From Candidatus Arthromitus sp. SFB-rat-Yit (GTDB taxonomy: Bacteria; Bacillota; Clostridia; Clostridiales; Clostridiaceae): a stretch of DNA of 32,000 nucleotides. Positions 8,933 through 18,285 of this stretch are shown here, one piece after another. Every line of letters begins with the position of its first letter. The first letter of the stretch is position 1. The stretch covers positions 180,001-212,000 of the forward strand of contig NC_016012.1 of NCBI RefSeq assembly GCF_000283555.1, read 5' to 3'. A program made the translations under genes and the position numbers. The notes beneath the pieces were generated by a model. The model was not told the origin of the DNA and searched no databases. It saw nothing but the letters and a program-made list of their open reading frames with translations.

Positions 8933-9424
8933 TTGTTAAGAAGAGCAACTATTCAAGATTTGCATAAAATAGAATATGTTTTTGAGGAAGCATTAGAAGA
9001 AATGAGACAAAATGGATGTGATGACTTTCAAATTGAATATCTAGGAGAGGATGCTTTTAAATATGGAATAGAAAACGGGTATATTTATTTAAAAGGTATA
9101 GGCACGGATATAGGAGGTTTTATATTTATAAGTAGTAACGAAATATTGAATTCATCTCATATAAAATGGAGTAAGAATGTAACAGGTACCTCTTTTCATA
9201 GTATAACTATTAATAAAGATTATAAAGATAGAGGAATTGAAGAAGAATTAATATTTCTTGTGGAAGATATATCAAGAAAGTATAGATTAAATTATGTTAG
9301 AGGATGTGTATGTGAATTAAATACACATACATTAAATGTAATGGATAAACTTAATTATAGATTTGTTGGATATATTAAGGAAAATATAAAATATCCTTTT
9401 CGCTGTTATGAAAAAGTTTTGTAA
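8933..9424 (+). CDS. GNAT-family N-acetyltransferase (weak assignment)
   Basis: TTG start preceded by GAAAGGAAG. At 163 aa the overall layout is GNAT-like: HSITINKDYKDRGIEEELIFLVEDISRKYRLNYVRGCV resembles the acetyl-CoA-binding beta4-alpha3 segment, and the C-terminus has the LNYRFVGY motif. Confidence 0.55.
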   Translation: MLRRATIQDLHKIEYVFEEALEEMRQNGCDDFQIEYLGEDAFKYGIENGYIYLKGIGTDIGGFIFISSNEILNSSHIKWSKNVTGTSFHSITINKDYKDRGIEEELIFLVEDISRKYRLNYVRGCVCELNTHTLNVMDKLNYRFVGYIKENIKYPFRCYEKVL

Positions 9425-9456
9425 AACCTGTTGAAATATTTCAATAGGTTTTTTTA
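9424..9456 (+). terminator. Rho-independent terminator
   Basis: aaacctgttg / caataggttt stem with one G-U pair, followed by T5. Confidence 0.8.
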
Positions 9457-9493
9457 TATGATAAAATGGTATTAGATAAGGAGGGGTTACATT

Positions 9494-10222
9494 ATGTCTA
9501 CTATTTATATAACAATACTTCTCATTTTAATTTTATGTTTTATATTTAGGGATATAATATTTAAGGTATTAAAAGGAGAGAAAAGCAATTTTTACAAATC
9601 AAAGAATGTAAAAACACAGGAATATAATATACGTGAGGTAGAAGGTAAAAATATATTTATAGATACATTAGATACAGATGTAAAGATATTGGGAGATGAA
9701 AATGTACAAAATATTATTATACAAGTTAGTTACCTAGTTGATAAATTTTCTTATGAGATATCACATGATCAAAATAGTATAAAGATAATTAGGAATAATA
9801 AAAAGAACTTTAAAGAAATAGGGAACTGTGGACGCATTTTAATAAGAGTACCTATGAATAAAAATTTAAGCAATATTGAACTATTAGTTAACAATGGAGA
9901 TATTGAAATATATGATATACATTTAAATGTTTTAAATGTTGAGTGCGGAAATGGTGCCTTAAAACTCGATTCGGGCAAAATAAAAAGTGTAAATATTTTA
10001 AAATCTAATGGAGATGTTTCTTTATTACATTTATTTAGTGATTTTATAGATCTTGATATTAAAAATGGTAATGGTGATTTTGTTGATGTGTATTCTGAAA
10101 AAGTTCATGTAAATGTTTTAAATGGAGATTTTATATATGTAAATGCAGATGAAAATTATAAGATACAGGATTTAAATGTCAACGTAGAGAATGGTAAGAA
10201 GAAATTAAATGTAAATCATTAA
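9494..10222 (+). CDS. Membrane-anchored DUF4097-like beta-repeat protein (putative adhesin fold)
   Basis: GGAGG RBS and an N-terminal TM helix (IYITILLILILCFIF). Repeated short beta units contain NGD/NGN (NNGDIEIYD, CGNGALKLD, SNGDVSLLH, KNGNGDFVD, LNGDFIYV), which is characteristic of DUF4097. Confidence 0.6.
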   Translation: MSTIYITILLILILCFIFRDIIFKVLKGEKSNFYKSKNVKTQEYNIREVEGKNIFIDTLDTDVKILGDENVQNIIIQVSYLVDKFSYEISHDQNSIKIIRNNKKNFKEIGNCGRILIRVPMNKNLSNIELLVNNGDIEIYDIHLNVLNVECGNGALKLDSGKIKSVNILKSNGDVSLLHLFSDFIDLDIKNGNGDFVDVYSEKVHVNVLNGDFIYVNADENYKIQDLNVNVENGKKKLNVNH

Positions 10223-10225
10223 TAA

Positions 10226-10253
10226 AAATAGTGCGTTTCGCACTATTTTTTTT
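10226..10253 (+). terminator. Rho-independent terminator
   Basis: atagtgcg / cgcactat stem, followed by T7. Confidence 0.85.
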
Positions 10254-10261
10254 ATATCATA

Positions 10262-10289
10262 TAAATGTCAACATTATTGATGACATTTA
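10262..10289. promoter_or_regulatory. Candidate MtlR operator (inverted repeat upstream of the mtl promoter)
   Basis: taaatgtca (10262-10270) - N10 - tgacattta (10281-10289), perfect 9-bp arms. It ends 16 bp upstream of the putative -35, the position expected for an activator site. Confidence 0.4.
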
Positions 10290-10304
10290 GGAAACTTGTT
10301 TTAA

Positions 10305-10334
10305 TTGAAATAGTTTAAAATAAATTACTATAAT
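10305..10334 (+). promoter_or_regulatory. Putative sigma-A promoter of the mtl operon
   Basis: TTGAAA (10305-10310), 18 nt spacer, TATAAT (10329-10334). The RBS GAAGGAG lies downstream before ATG 10372. Confidence 0.45.
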
Positions 10335-10371
10335 TATTATAAATAATTATGGTATTAGAAGGAGAAGTTGA

Positions 10372-12231
10372 ATGGGAAATATTAAAAATAATGTTCAAAA
10401 GTTTGGTAAGTTTTTAAGTGGTATGGTAATGCCAAATATTGGAGCATTTATTGCTTGGGGTATTATAACTGCATTTTTTATTCCATCAGGTTGGATTCCT
10501 AACGAAACTCTTGGAAATTTAGTTGACCCAATGCTCAAGTATTTATTGCCTCTTTTAATTGGGTATACTGGTGGACGAGTTGTTGGAGGCGATAGAGGAG
10601 GAGTTATTGGAGCAATATCAACGAGTGGAGTTATAGTTGGATCAGATATACCGATGTTTATTGGTGCTATGGTTGTAGGTCCTATTAGTGGATTTGTTAT
10701 TAAGAAATTTGATAAATATGTAGAAGATAAAATTCCTTCAGGATTTGAGATGCTTGTAAATAATTTTTCCGTAGGGATATTAGGAGTAATACTTGCTATA
10801 TTATCGTTTCTTTTTATAGGACCTGTTATAACAACTTTGACAGGATTTTTGTCAATTGGAGTTTATACTATAATTAATAAAGGATTACTTCCTTTTGTAT
10901 CTATATTTGTTGAACCTGCAAAAATTTTATTTTTAAATAATGCTATAAATCATGGTATATTAGGTCCTATAGGTCTTAATCAAGTTCAAGAAACTGGAAA
11001 GTCTATATTATTTTTATTAGAATCAAATCCAGGACCAGGTCTTGGAGTTATACTAGCATATTTTATATTTAGTAAAGGTATGGTTAAACAATCGGCAGCT
11101 GGTTCAGCTATTATTCATTTATTTGGAGGAATTCATGAGATATACTTTCCTTATATATTAATGAATCCTATGTTAATACTTAGTGTTATACTTGGAGGAT
11201 TTTCTGGAGTTTTAGTTTTTTCCCTATTTTCAGTAGGTCTTGTTGCTACACCATCACCTGGAAGTATATTTTCAATACTTTTTTTGGCAGCAAAAGGGGA
11301 TGCCCTAAAAATACTTTTAGGGATAATAGTATCAACTATTGTTTCATTTGTAGTTAGTGGATTTTTTATCAAAAGAACATCTGAGGAAGATTTGAATAAG
11401 GCAAAATCAGGAGTAGGAGAATTGAAAAGTAATTTAAATCTACAAGAATATAAAGCAATCGATTTTTCAAATATAAATAAAATTGTGTTTTCTTGTGATG
11501 CAGGTATGGGATCTAGTGCTATGGGAGCATCAAAATTTAGAAATAGACTTAAAAAAGAGGGAATTAAGATAGATGTAGAGTATTCTTCTGTAGATAATAT
11601 ACCAAGAGATACGCAGATTGTTGTAACTCATGAAAATCTTAAGGACAGAGTTTTAAATACAAATAAAAATATAAATGTTATAGGAATACAAAATTTTCTT
11701 AATGACCCAAATATTGAAAATTTGTTTAAAAATATTTTAGAGAGTGGAACAAAAAATGAAAAATTCGGGAACGATCCTTTAAATAAAGAAAATAACAAAA
11801 ATCAATATGATATTTTTAATGAAAACAATATTATTTTAAATGCTTCAGTTGATACAAAAGAAGAAGCGATTGAAATTGTTGGAAGACTTTTAGTTAAAAA
11901 TGGATATGTTAAAGAAGAATATGTAAGTGGAATGCTTAGGCGTGAATCCCTAGTATCAACTTATATTGGTATGGGAGTTGCAATACCACATGGAGAAAAT
12001 GATGTTAAAAGTAGCATTATAAGAAGTGGTATAGTATTTATGCAAGTTAAAGATGGAGTTTTATTTGGAGATGAAAAGGCTTATTTGATAGTTGGTATTG
12101 CTGGGGTTGGAGATGATCATATAAGAATACTTTCAAATCTTGCTGAAATTATTGGTGATGAAGAAAATTTAAAAAGACTTAAGGAAAGCAACAACAAGAA
12201 AGAGATATTAGATATAATTTTAAGAGAGTAG
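10372..12231 (+). CDS. mtlA: PTS mannitol-specific transporter, fused EIICBA
   Basis: The N-terminus VQKFGKFLSGMVMPNIGAFIAWGIITAFFIP is the classic MtlA IIC start. IIB motif CDAGMGSSAMGAS contains the phospho-Cys. The C-terminal IIA domain has GMGVAIPHG (phospho-His). Genes mtlR and mtlD follow. Confidence 0.92.
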   Translation: MGNIKNNVQKFGKFLSGMVMPNIGAFIAWGIITAFFIPSGWIPNETLGNLVDPMLKYLLPLLIGYTGGRVVGGDRGGVIGAISTSGVIVGSDIPMFIGAMVVGPISGFVIKKFDKYVEDKIPSGFEMLVNNFSVGILGVILAILSFLFIGPVITTLTGFLSIGVYTIINKGLLPFVSIFVEPAKILFLNNAINHGILGPIGLNQVQETGKSILFLLESNPGPGLGVILAYFIFSKGMVKQSAAGSAIIHLFGGIHEIYFPYILMNPMLILSVILGGFSGVLVFSLFSVGLVATPSPGSIFSILFLAAKGDALKILLGIIVSTIVSFVVSGFFIKRTSEEDLNKAKSGVGELKSNLNLQEYKAIDFSNINKIVFSCDAGMGSSAMGASKFRNRLKKEGIKIDVEYSSVDNIPRDTQIVVTHENLKDRVLNTNKNINVIGIQNFLNDPNIENLFKNILESGTKNEKFGNDPLNKENNKNQYDIFNENNIILNASVDTKEEAIEIVGRLLVKNGYVKEEYVSGMLRRESLVSTYIGMGVAIPHGENDVKSSIIRSGIVFMQVKDGVLFGDEKAYLIVGIAGVGDDHIRILSNLAEIIGDEENLKRLKESNNKKEILDIILRE

Positions 12232-12234
12232 TAA

Positions 12235-14334
12235 ATGGGCAAGATAAAGATAACTTTTAGACAAAAACAAATAATATTAATACTTATTGAAAATTTTAAA
12301 AAACCTAAAAGAATAAAAGATATATCAGAAGAGTTAAATGTGAGTTCCCGAACTATTATTAGGGAACTCTATGTTATAGATAAATTTTTCGATGAAAGAA
12401 ATATATTGTTTGTTAAAAAAAGTGGGGTTGGTATATTTTTAGAGGGAGATTATGAAAGAATAAATAAATTAAGGGAAGAGTTGAATTTAGAGAATTCTTT
12501 AAGTAAATATTCAAGAAATGATAGAGTAATGTTCATACTTGAAAATATTTTATATTCACAAACTAAGAGTAATTTATTTTTAAATAAATTTAAGATATCT
12601 TATTCTACATTTTCAAAAGATTTAGAGTACATAAAAAGCAAGATTTTAATCAAGTTTAATTTAAAACTTATAACTAAAAAAGGGTTAGGCATGTATATAG
12701 AAGGAAGCGAAGAGAAGTTAAGAGAGCTCTCTTCTCATTTGTTCCGTGAAAAGTTTTCAGGTAGAAATTTATATTTAATGCTTATAAGTTCTTCTTATAA
12801 TTTACAGCATGACTTTCTAAAAGTTCCCGATAATCATTTGAAAATTATAAATAATATAGTGGAAGAAACATTTCAACTATTTAATATAAAGTTATTACAA
12901 AAAGCCTATACATCCATTATGGTGCATCTTATTATTACCTTTTGCAGAATTAAAGAGTCTTATAACTGTGAATTTTCACGATATAAAATAGAGGAGTTTA
13001 AAGATAGTATAGAATTTAATATATCAAAAGTGATGTTAAATAAAATTGGAGAAGAATTTGGACTTTTTGTAGATGATTTTGATATTTGTTATATATCAAT
13101 GCATCTCAAGGCGAATAATATATGTGGATATTATGGAGAATATGGTTATGATTTTAATTTTGATCGTTTAGACAAGATTAAAATTTCGGGAGATATTGTA
13201 GGTAAGGTTCAAAAGATTCTTGGAATATCTCTTATGGATTCAAGCGACCTTATAAAAAATTTAAGTATTCATCTTGGTCCTGCTATAAGCAGGTTATTTA
13301 TGAATATGAACATTAGAAACTCTTTTTTAGAAATGATAAAAAGTGAGTATAGGGAAATATTTGATGCAACAAAGAAGGCGTGTTCAGTTTTAGAAAATAT
13401 AATATTTAAGGAAGTCCCTGAGAGTGAAGTTGGATATATAACGATGTATATAGCTGCAGCATATGAAAAGAAGCTTCAATCAAAATTTAAATATAGGATT
13501 TTAATATATTCAGAGGGGGAAAGAGGAGTTTCTTATTTTTTAAATAATAGAATAAAAAAAGAGTTTCCAAACATAGTTATTGTAAATACTATTGATTCTT
13601 TTGATTTGCTTAAAATTTCATACGATAGAAATATAGATTTTATTATTTCGACAAGTGATATAAAAGATGATATGAATTATGTAAAAGTTGGAGTGAATCT
13701 AAGTATAAGCGATATACTTGCTATAAATGATAAGATAAAAAATATATTTAAGTTAAAGTGTAAGGATCTTAAATCATTTGGGAATAAAAATAAATCATTA
13801 GATATAGAGGGTATTTCTTATTTGGGAAATATAGTTAGATTTATAGAAGATAATTTTAAGATAGGAGAAATTGAAACATTTGGATCAATTCAAAATATAA
13901 TTAAGGATTTTACAAATAAAACTCTTTCGTATAATAGAGAGGAAATATTTGATGAAATATTAAAAAAAGAGATGACTTTAAGCTCTTACGTAAAAGATCT
14001 TGGTATAATAATTCTTCATACAATAAGCAAATTTTCAAGAGAAATATTCATAGGGAGTTATATATTAAATGAGGAAATATCATTTTGTAATGGAAAATTA
14101 AATCTCATTTTTTATTTTATTATACCAGAAGCTATAAATACAAAAGTTTTAAGAGGGGTTATAGGAGAGTTAACTTCAAATTTAGTTAAGGATTATACTT
14201 TCATAGATATTTTGAAAAAACGAGATATAATACCTATTAAAGAGTATATAAAAAATATATTATCTATTTATTATGTTGAAGAATTAAAAAGAATTATAGA
14301 TAAATTTGAAAATGGCGTTATAAAGGAGATGTAG
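12235..14334 (+). CDS. mtlR: Mannitol operon transcriptional activator (HTH + PRD + EIIB-Gat-like + EIIA-Mtl-like domains)
   Basis: 699 aa with an N-terminal HTH (IKDISEELNVSSRTIIRELYVIDKFF) and the length and layout of BglG/MtlR-family PRD regulators. It sits between mtlA and mtlD with 3-4 nt gaps. Confidence 0.8.
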   Translation: MGKIKITFRQKQIILILIENFKKPKRIKDISEELNVSSRTIIRELYVIDKFFDERNILFVKKSGVGIFLEGDYERINKLREELNLENSLSKYSRNDRVMFILENILYSQTKSNLFLNKFKISYSTFSKDLEYIKSKILIKFNLKLITKKGLGMYIEGSEEKLRELSSHLFREKFSGRNLYLMLISSSYNLQHDFLKVPDNHLKIINNIVEETFQLFNIKLLQKAYTSIMVHLIITFCRIKESYNCEFSRYKIEEFKDSIEFNISKVMLNKIGEEFGLFVDDFDICYISMHLKANNICGYYGEYGYDFNFDRLDKIKISGDIVGKVQKILGISLMDSSDLIKNLSIHLGPAISRLFMNMNIRNSFLEMIKSEYREIFDATKKACSVLENIIFKEVPESEVGYITMYIAAAYEKKLQSKFKYRILIYSEGERGVSYFLNNRIKKEFPNIVIVNTIDSFDLLKISYDRNIDFIISTSDIKDDMNYVKVGVNLSISDILAINDKIKNIFKLKCKDLKSFGNKNKSLDIEGISYLGNIVRFIEDNFKIGEIETFGSIQNIIKDFTNKTLSYNREEIFDEILKKEMTLSSYVKDLGIIILHTISKFSREIFIGSYILNEEISFCNGKLNLIFYFIIPEAINTKVLRGVIGELTSNLVKDYTFIDILKKRDIIPIKEYIKNILSIYYVEELKRIIDKFENGVIKEM

Positions 14335-14338
14335 AGTT

Positions 14339-15469
14339 ATGAAAAGAGCAGTGCAGTTTGGTGCAGGAAACATAGGTAGAGGATTTATTGGGTATCTTTT
14401 GAGTAAATCTTCTTACAGCGTTTTGTTTGTTGATGTAAACAAAAATGTAATAGATAAGATAAATAGAGAAGAGAGTTATAGGGTTAAGGTTACAGACAAT
14501 GTAAAAAGTGAAGAATTTGTTAAGAATATACGAGGTATGTATTCTTATGATGAAAATCTTATAGATGAGATTTCAAAGGCAGATATAATAACAACAGCAG
14601 TTGGAGTATTAATTTTACCTAAAATAGCTGAACTTATATCAAAAGGTATAGTTAAAAGGATTGAAAATGGAAATAAATCACATCTTAATATAATTGCATG
14701 TGAAAATTCTGTGAATGCAACAGATGTTTTAAAGAATGAAGTTTTTAAATACCTCACTGAAACTCATATAAATCAAATAAAAGATTTTATTGGTTTTCCA
14801 AATTGTTCTGTTGATAGAATTGTTCCTCCATGTGATGGAGATTCTATAGATGTAAGTGTTGAGGAATTTTTCGAGTGGAATGTTGAAAATGATAAGATAG
14901 TAGGAAATTTAAATATAAATGGAATGAATAAAGTATGTAATTTACATTCATATATAGAACGAAAATTATTTACATTAAACACAGCTCATTCAATGATAGC
15001 TTATTTAGGATTTAATAAGGGATATGAAACAATATTTGATAGTATAAATGACCCTTATATTTATAAAAATGTTTATAATGCTATGATTGAGAGTGGAGAG
15101 GGTCTTATATTAAAACACTCTTTTGATAGAGAAGATCATATGAAATATATAGATAAAATAATTAATAGGTTTAAGAACCCGTATTTGATTGATTCTGTGA
15201 TTAGGGTTGGAAGAGAACCTATGAGAAAATTATCAAGGGATGATAGATTTATAAAACCTATATTAACATCAAGTAGTTATGGGAAAGAAGTAGACTCATT
15301 GTGTTTCGGGGCTTCATATGCTCTTAAATTCATAACAGATAAAGATGAAAATAGTTTAAAAATGAAATCTATTATAGAAGAAAAAGGAATAAGAGATGCT
15401 ATAGTTTACATTTGTGGAATTGAAGATAAAAATATAATAGATAAGATTGTAAATTATTATAATAATTAA
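14339..15469 (+). CDS. mtlD: Mannitol-1-phosphate 5-dehydrogenase
   Basis: N-terminal Rossmann motif AVQFGAGNIGRGFIG, the length (376 aa) and the operon context. Confidence 0.9.
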   Translation: MKRAVQFGAGNIGRGFIGYLLSKSSYSVLFVDVNKNVIDKINREESYRVKVTDNVKSEEFVKNIRGMYSYDENLIDEISKADIITTAVGVLILPKIAELISKGIVKRIENGNKSHLNIIACENSVNATDVLKNEVFKYLTETHINQIKDFIGFPNCSVDRIVPPCDGDSIDVSVEEFFEWNVENDKIVGNLNINGMNKVCNLHSYIERKLFTLNTAHSMIAYLGFNKGYETIFDSINDPYIYKNVYNAMIESGEGLILKHSFDREDHMKYIDKIINRFKNPYLIDSVIRVGREPMRKLSRDDRFIKPILTSSSYGKEVDSLCFGASYALKFITDKDENSLKMKSIIEEKGIRDAIVYICGIEDKNIIDKIVNYYNN

Positions 15470-15502
15470 AAAATGGAGTTAATTAATAACTCCATTTTTT
15501 TT
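15470..15502 (+). terminator. Rho-independent terminator of the mtl operon
   Basis: aaatggagtt (15471-15480) / aactccattt (15488-15497), perfect 10-bp stem followed by a T run. Confidence 0.9.
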
Positions 15503-15562
15503 GCCTTAATAATATGTTTATAGTATTATTATTTTGTTATTGTAATTTTAGGTGAGGAATAT

Positions 15563-16237
15563 ATGAAAAAGTTAATTTTAGTAGTAGTATTTATTTCTCT
15601 AATTTTGGGCGTAACATCTCTATTTAAATACTCTCTGAGCACTAAAGAGCTAGAAGGAGTTTCACTTAAGAAAGTAGTAGTTATAGATGCAGGACATGGA
15701 GGATTTGATACTGGATCTATAGGATATAGTAAGACAAAAGAGAAGGATATAACTCTAAGTATTGCATTAAATCTTGGTGAAAAACTTAATGAGGATGGAT
15801 TTATTGTTTATTATACAAGAGATAAGGACGTTTCTTTAGGTAAAAATGAACGTGATGATTTGAACGTAAGAATTAAAATGATAAATAGTTTAAAGCCAGA
15901 TATATTTTTGTCTATACACTTAAATGGAAGTGATTATAAAAGTGCTAAAGGAATTGAAACATACACAAGAGAGTCAGATGATAAAAGTTATTTACTTGGA
16001 GAATCTATACAAGATGAATTGTCATCTGTAGAGTATACGACTGATAGAGGGGTAAAAACAACAAAGGATAGGAAACTTGCGATTTTAGATAGAACAAAAC
16101 ATGTAGGAATATTACTTGAGCTTGGATTTATAACTAATAAAAGTGATGAAGAATATTTAGTTTCAAAAAGTGGACAAAATACTGTGATTGAGTGTATATT
16201 ATCAGGGATTTCTACTTATTTTAATAAAATTTTATAA
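15563..16237 (+). CDS. cwlD: N-acetylmuramoyl-L-alanine amidase (Amidase_3), CwlD-like
   Basis: N-terminal TM anchor, then VVIDAGHGGFDTGS, DIFLSIHLN, GIETY and LLELGFITN motifs of the Amidase_3 family. Size and anchor resemble the germination-specific CwlD. Confidence 0.7.
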   Translation: MKKLILVVVFISLILGVTSLFKYSLSTKELEGVSLKKVVVIDAGHGGFDTGSIGYSKTKEKDITLSIALNLGEKLNEDGFIVYYTRDKDVSLGKNERDDLNVRIKMINSLKPDIFLSIHLNGSDYKSAKGIETYTRESDDKSYLLGESIQDELSSVEYTTDRGVKTTKDRKLAILDRTKHVGILLELGFITNKSDEEYLVSKSGQNTVIECILSGISTYFNKIL

Positions 16238-16249
16238 TGAGGTTATGTT

Positions 16250-17587
16250 ATGAAAAAGATGGACTTTTTAAATAGTGATTTAAAGAAAATATTTATTAGC
16301 TATTTAATACCTGGTATTCTTTCTTCTTTAGCGGTTTCTCTTTATATATTTGTTGATACTATGTTTGTTGGTATAGGTGTAGGTAGAGATGGACTTACAG
16401 CTCTTAATGTAACAGTACCCATTTTTACATTATTTACATCATTATACCTATGTATAGGTATAGGTGGTGCGAATATATTTTCTTTAGATAAAGCAAGTGG
16501 AGGGAAAAACTGTAATAAGATATTTAGTATTTCAGTCTTGTTTACAACGTGTATTGGAATTTTAATATCGATTCTTGGGATTTTATTTATTGATCCAATA
16601 GGTATGTTTTTGGGAGCAACACAGGATATAATACATTTATTTAGGGATTATTTTGGAATACTTGTAGGATTTACTTGGGCATTTTTAATATCAGGGGTAA
16701 TTGGATGTTTTATAAGAAATGATGGCGCACCAAAACTTGTTATGGTTGCAACGATTGTTGCGAATATTACAAATGTAATTTTAGATTATATATTTATTTT
16801 CGAGTTTAATATGGGAATTAGGGGAGCTGTAATAGCAACTGTAATTTCTCCAATTGTAAATATACTTATATTAAGCACTCATTTTTTAAAAAAGAACAAC
16901 ACTTTAAAATTTTGTATATTGAGGTTTGATCATAAATTATTAGGTAAAATTTTAAATAATGGATTTGGAACTTTTCTTCTTGAAATAAGTAGAGGAGTTA
17001 GTATATTTATATTTAATAACATTCTTGTAAGGCTAGGTGGTAATATATATGTTGCAGCATATGGAATAATATTAAATGTGTCATATGTTATAATCTGTAT
17101 ATTCTCTGGGATAGCGCAAAGTACACAACCTATAGTTAGTATGAATTATGGACATGGATTGATTGAAAGGGCTAAAAAGGTGTTTAGGTATGGATTTGTG
17201 ACCTCTGTTTTTATAGGAATAGTATCTTTTTTAATTTCACTTATATTTTCTGAAAATATCTCATCATTATTTATAAATAATGATTTTGAATTATTATCGA
17301 TAACAACTCAAGGAATGAAGATTTATTTTATAGGATGTATATTTATGGCATTTAATATTGTAACTATTTACTTTTTTCAATCTATACATGAGTCACAGAA
17401 ATCTATATTGATTTCGTTATGTTCTGGAGTATTTTTTATAATACTTGGATTTTTGATTCTAATCCCAATGTTTAAAATTAATGGAGTTTGGTTTGTATAT
17501 CCATTTTCAGAATTTTTAGGGTGTTTGGTATGTTTATTAATTCTAAAAAAGAGTAAAATTCAAAATAAAAAGGAGCTCATTCAATAG
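16250..17587 (+). CDS. MATE-family efflux transporter
   Basis: 445 aa with about 12 TM segments. The N-terminal pattern IPGILSSLAVSLYIFVDTMFVGIGVGRDGLTALNV and an internal duplication pattern are typical of MATE (NorM/DinF-like). It starts 12 nt after cwlD with a GAGG RBS. Confidence 0.75.
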   Translation: MKKMDFLNSDLKKIFISYLIPGILSSLAVSLYIFVDTMFVGIGVGRDGLTALNVTVPIFTLFTSLYLCIGIGGANIFSLDKASGGKNCNKIFSISVLFTTCIGILISILGILFIDPIGMFLGATQDIIHLFRDYFGILVGFTWAFLISGVIGCFIRNDGAPKLVMVATIVANITNVILDYIFIFEFNMGIRGAVIATVISPIVNILILSTHFLKKNNTLKFCILRFDHKLLGKILNNGFGTFLLEISRGVSIFIFNNILVRLGGNIYVAAYGIILNVSYVIICIFSGIAQSTQPIVSMNYGHGLIERAKKVFRYGFVTSVFIGIVSFLISLIFSENISSLFINNDFELLSITTQGMKIYFIGCIFMAFNIVTIYFFQSIHESQKSILISLCSGVFFIILGFLILIPMFKINGVWFVYPFSEFLGCLVCLLILKKSKIQNKKELIQ

Positions 17588-17604
17588 ATATGAGCCCTTT
17601 TTTA
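17572..17604 (+). terminator. Rho-independent terminator overlapping the MATE stop codon
   Basis: gctcat (17575-17580) / atgagc (17590-17595) core with flanking G-C pairs, followed by T6. Confidence 0.65.
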
Positions 17605-17695
17605 TTATACTAAATTTTTAAAAAATTTTAATATTATTAACTAATTGTGGAAAAATATTGTATAAACTATTAAATTAAAGTTATAAACTGTTATT

Positions 17696-17711
17696 ATGAA
17701 TATATATTCAT
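17696..17711. promoter_or_regulatory. 16-bp perfect palindrome, candidate ArsR-family operator
   Basis: ATGAATATATATTCAT directly abuts a possible -35 TTACAA (17712-17717), with 17 nt to TATTAT (17735-17740), upstream of the ArsR-type gene. The TGAA...TTCA half-sites resemble SmtB/CzrA-type operators. Confidence 0.4.
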
Positions 17712-17791
17712 TTACAAACATATATCTTATATTATATTATTAATATGATAAGTTACAAAATTTAGGAAAATGAAAGAGGAATAATAGCTTT

Positions 17792-18076
17792 ATGATTATC
17801 GCGAATATTAAAGAAGTAGCAGAAATTTTAAGAGTCTTGTCTAATGAAAATAGACTTAATATAGTGTGTTATCTTTTAGAAAGACCAATGACAGTAAGTG
17901 AACTTCATAGTAAACTAAATCATGTAACCCAATCAGCATTATCTCAGCATTTATCAACGCTTAAGGCGCATAAAATATTGATTTCTAACAAATCAGGACT
18001 TGCGATTACATACTCGATAAATGATCAAAATTTGGGTAAATTAATACAGGTATTAAAAGAAAATTATGGATATTAA
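17792..18076 (+). CDS. ArsR/SmtB-family winged-helix transcriptional regulator
   Basis: 94 aa with EILRVLSNENRLNIVCYLLERPMTVSELHSKLNHVTQSALSQHLSTLKAHKIL, the canonical ArsR HTH. No obvious alpha3N or alpha5 metal-ligand motifs. Confidence 0.85.
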   Translation: MIIANIKEVAEILRVLSNENRLNIVCYLLERPMTVSELHSKLNHVTQSALSQHLSTLKAHKILISNKSGLAITYSINDQNLGKLIQVLKENYGY

Positions 18077-18168
18077 TATTCATTATTGTTAAGTTACAGA
18101 TTATAGATAGAGGTAAAATATTTATGATATATAGAAGTTTTGGAAGTTTATTTATAGTTAATAATATT

Positions 18169-18212
18169 TAAGGCATGTAGATTATTTTTTAAAATATACA
18201 TGCCTTATTTTT
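18169..18212 (+). terminator. Rho-independent terminator downstream of the ArsR-type gene
   Basis: aaggcatgta (18169-18178) / tacatgcctt (18196-18205), followed by TATTTTTT. Confidence 0.8.
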
Positions 18213-18240
18213 TATAATAAATTTAAGTATGAGTGATTAT

Positions 18241-18285
18241 GAATAAAATAAATAATGGAGACCTTTTGAGGGGTCTCCTATTTTT
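18241..18285. terminator. Bidirectional terminator hairpin
   Basis: ggagacc (18257-18263) / ggtctcc (18272-18278). There is a T run on the plus strand (18279-18287), and a T-rich tail on the minus strand directly after the stop of the Cys-rich gene. Confidence 0.8.

Noticed and set aside
8933-9424. The GNAT gene as the toxin of a GNAT/RHH toxin-antitoxin pair
   Set aside because: No small antitoxin ORF is adjacent. The upstream sequence is the RibD_C pseudogene, and a terminator follows directly downstream.
10253-10371. Searched the mtl leader for a catabolite-responsive element or a RAT/terminator antitermination structure
   Set aside because: I saw no TGWAANCGNTNWCA-like sequence and no leader hairpin with a T tract. 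Regulation is more likely by MtlR binding DNA.
18123-18170. 15-codon ORF (MIYRSFGSLFIVNNI) with a GAGG-like RBS between the ArsR gene and its terminator
   Set aside because: It is too short to support in DNA this AT-rich, and I have no conservation or coding-signal evidence. It would be worth checking only if ribosome profiling is available.
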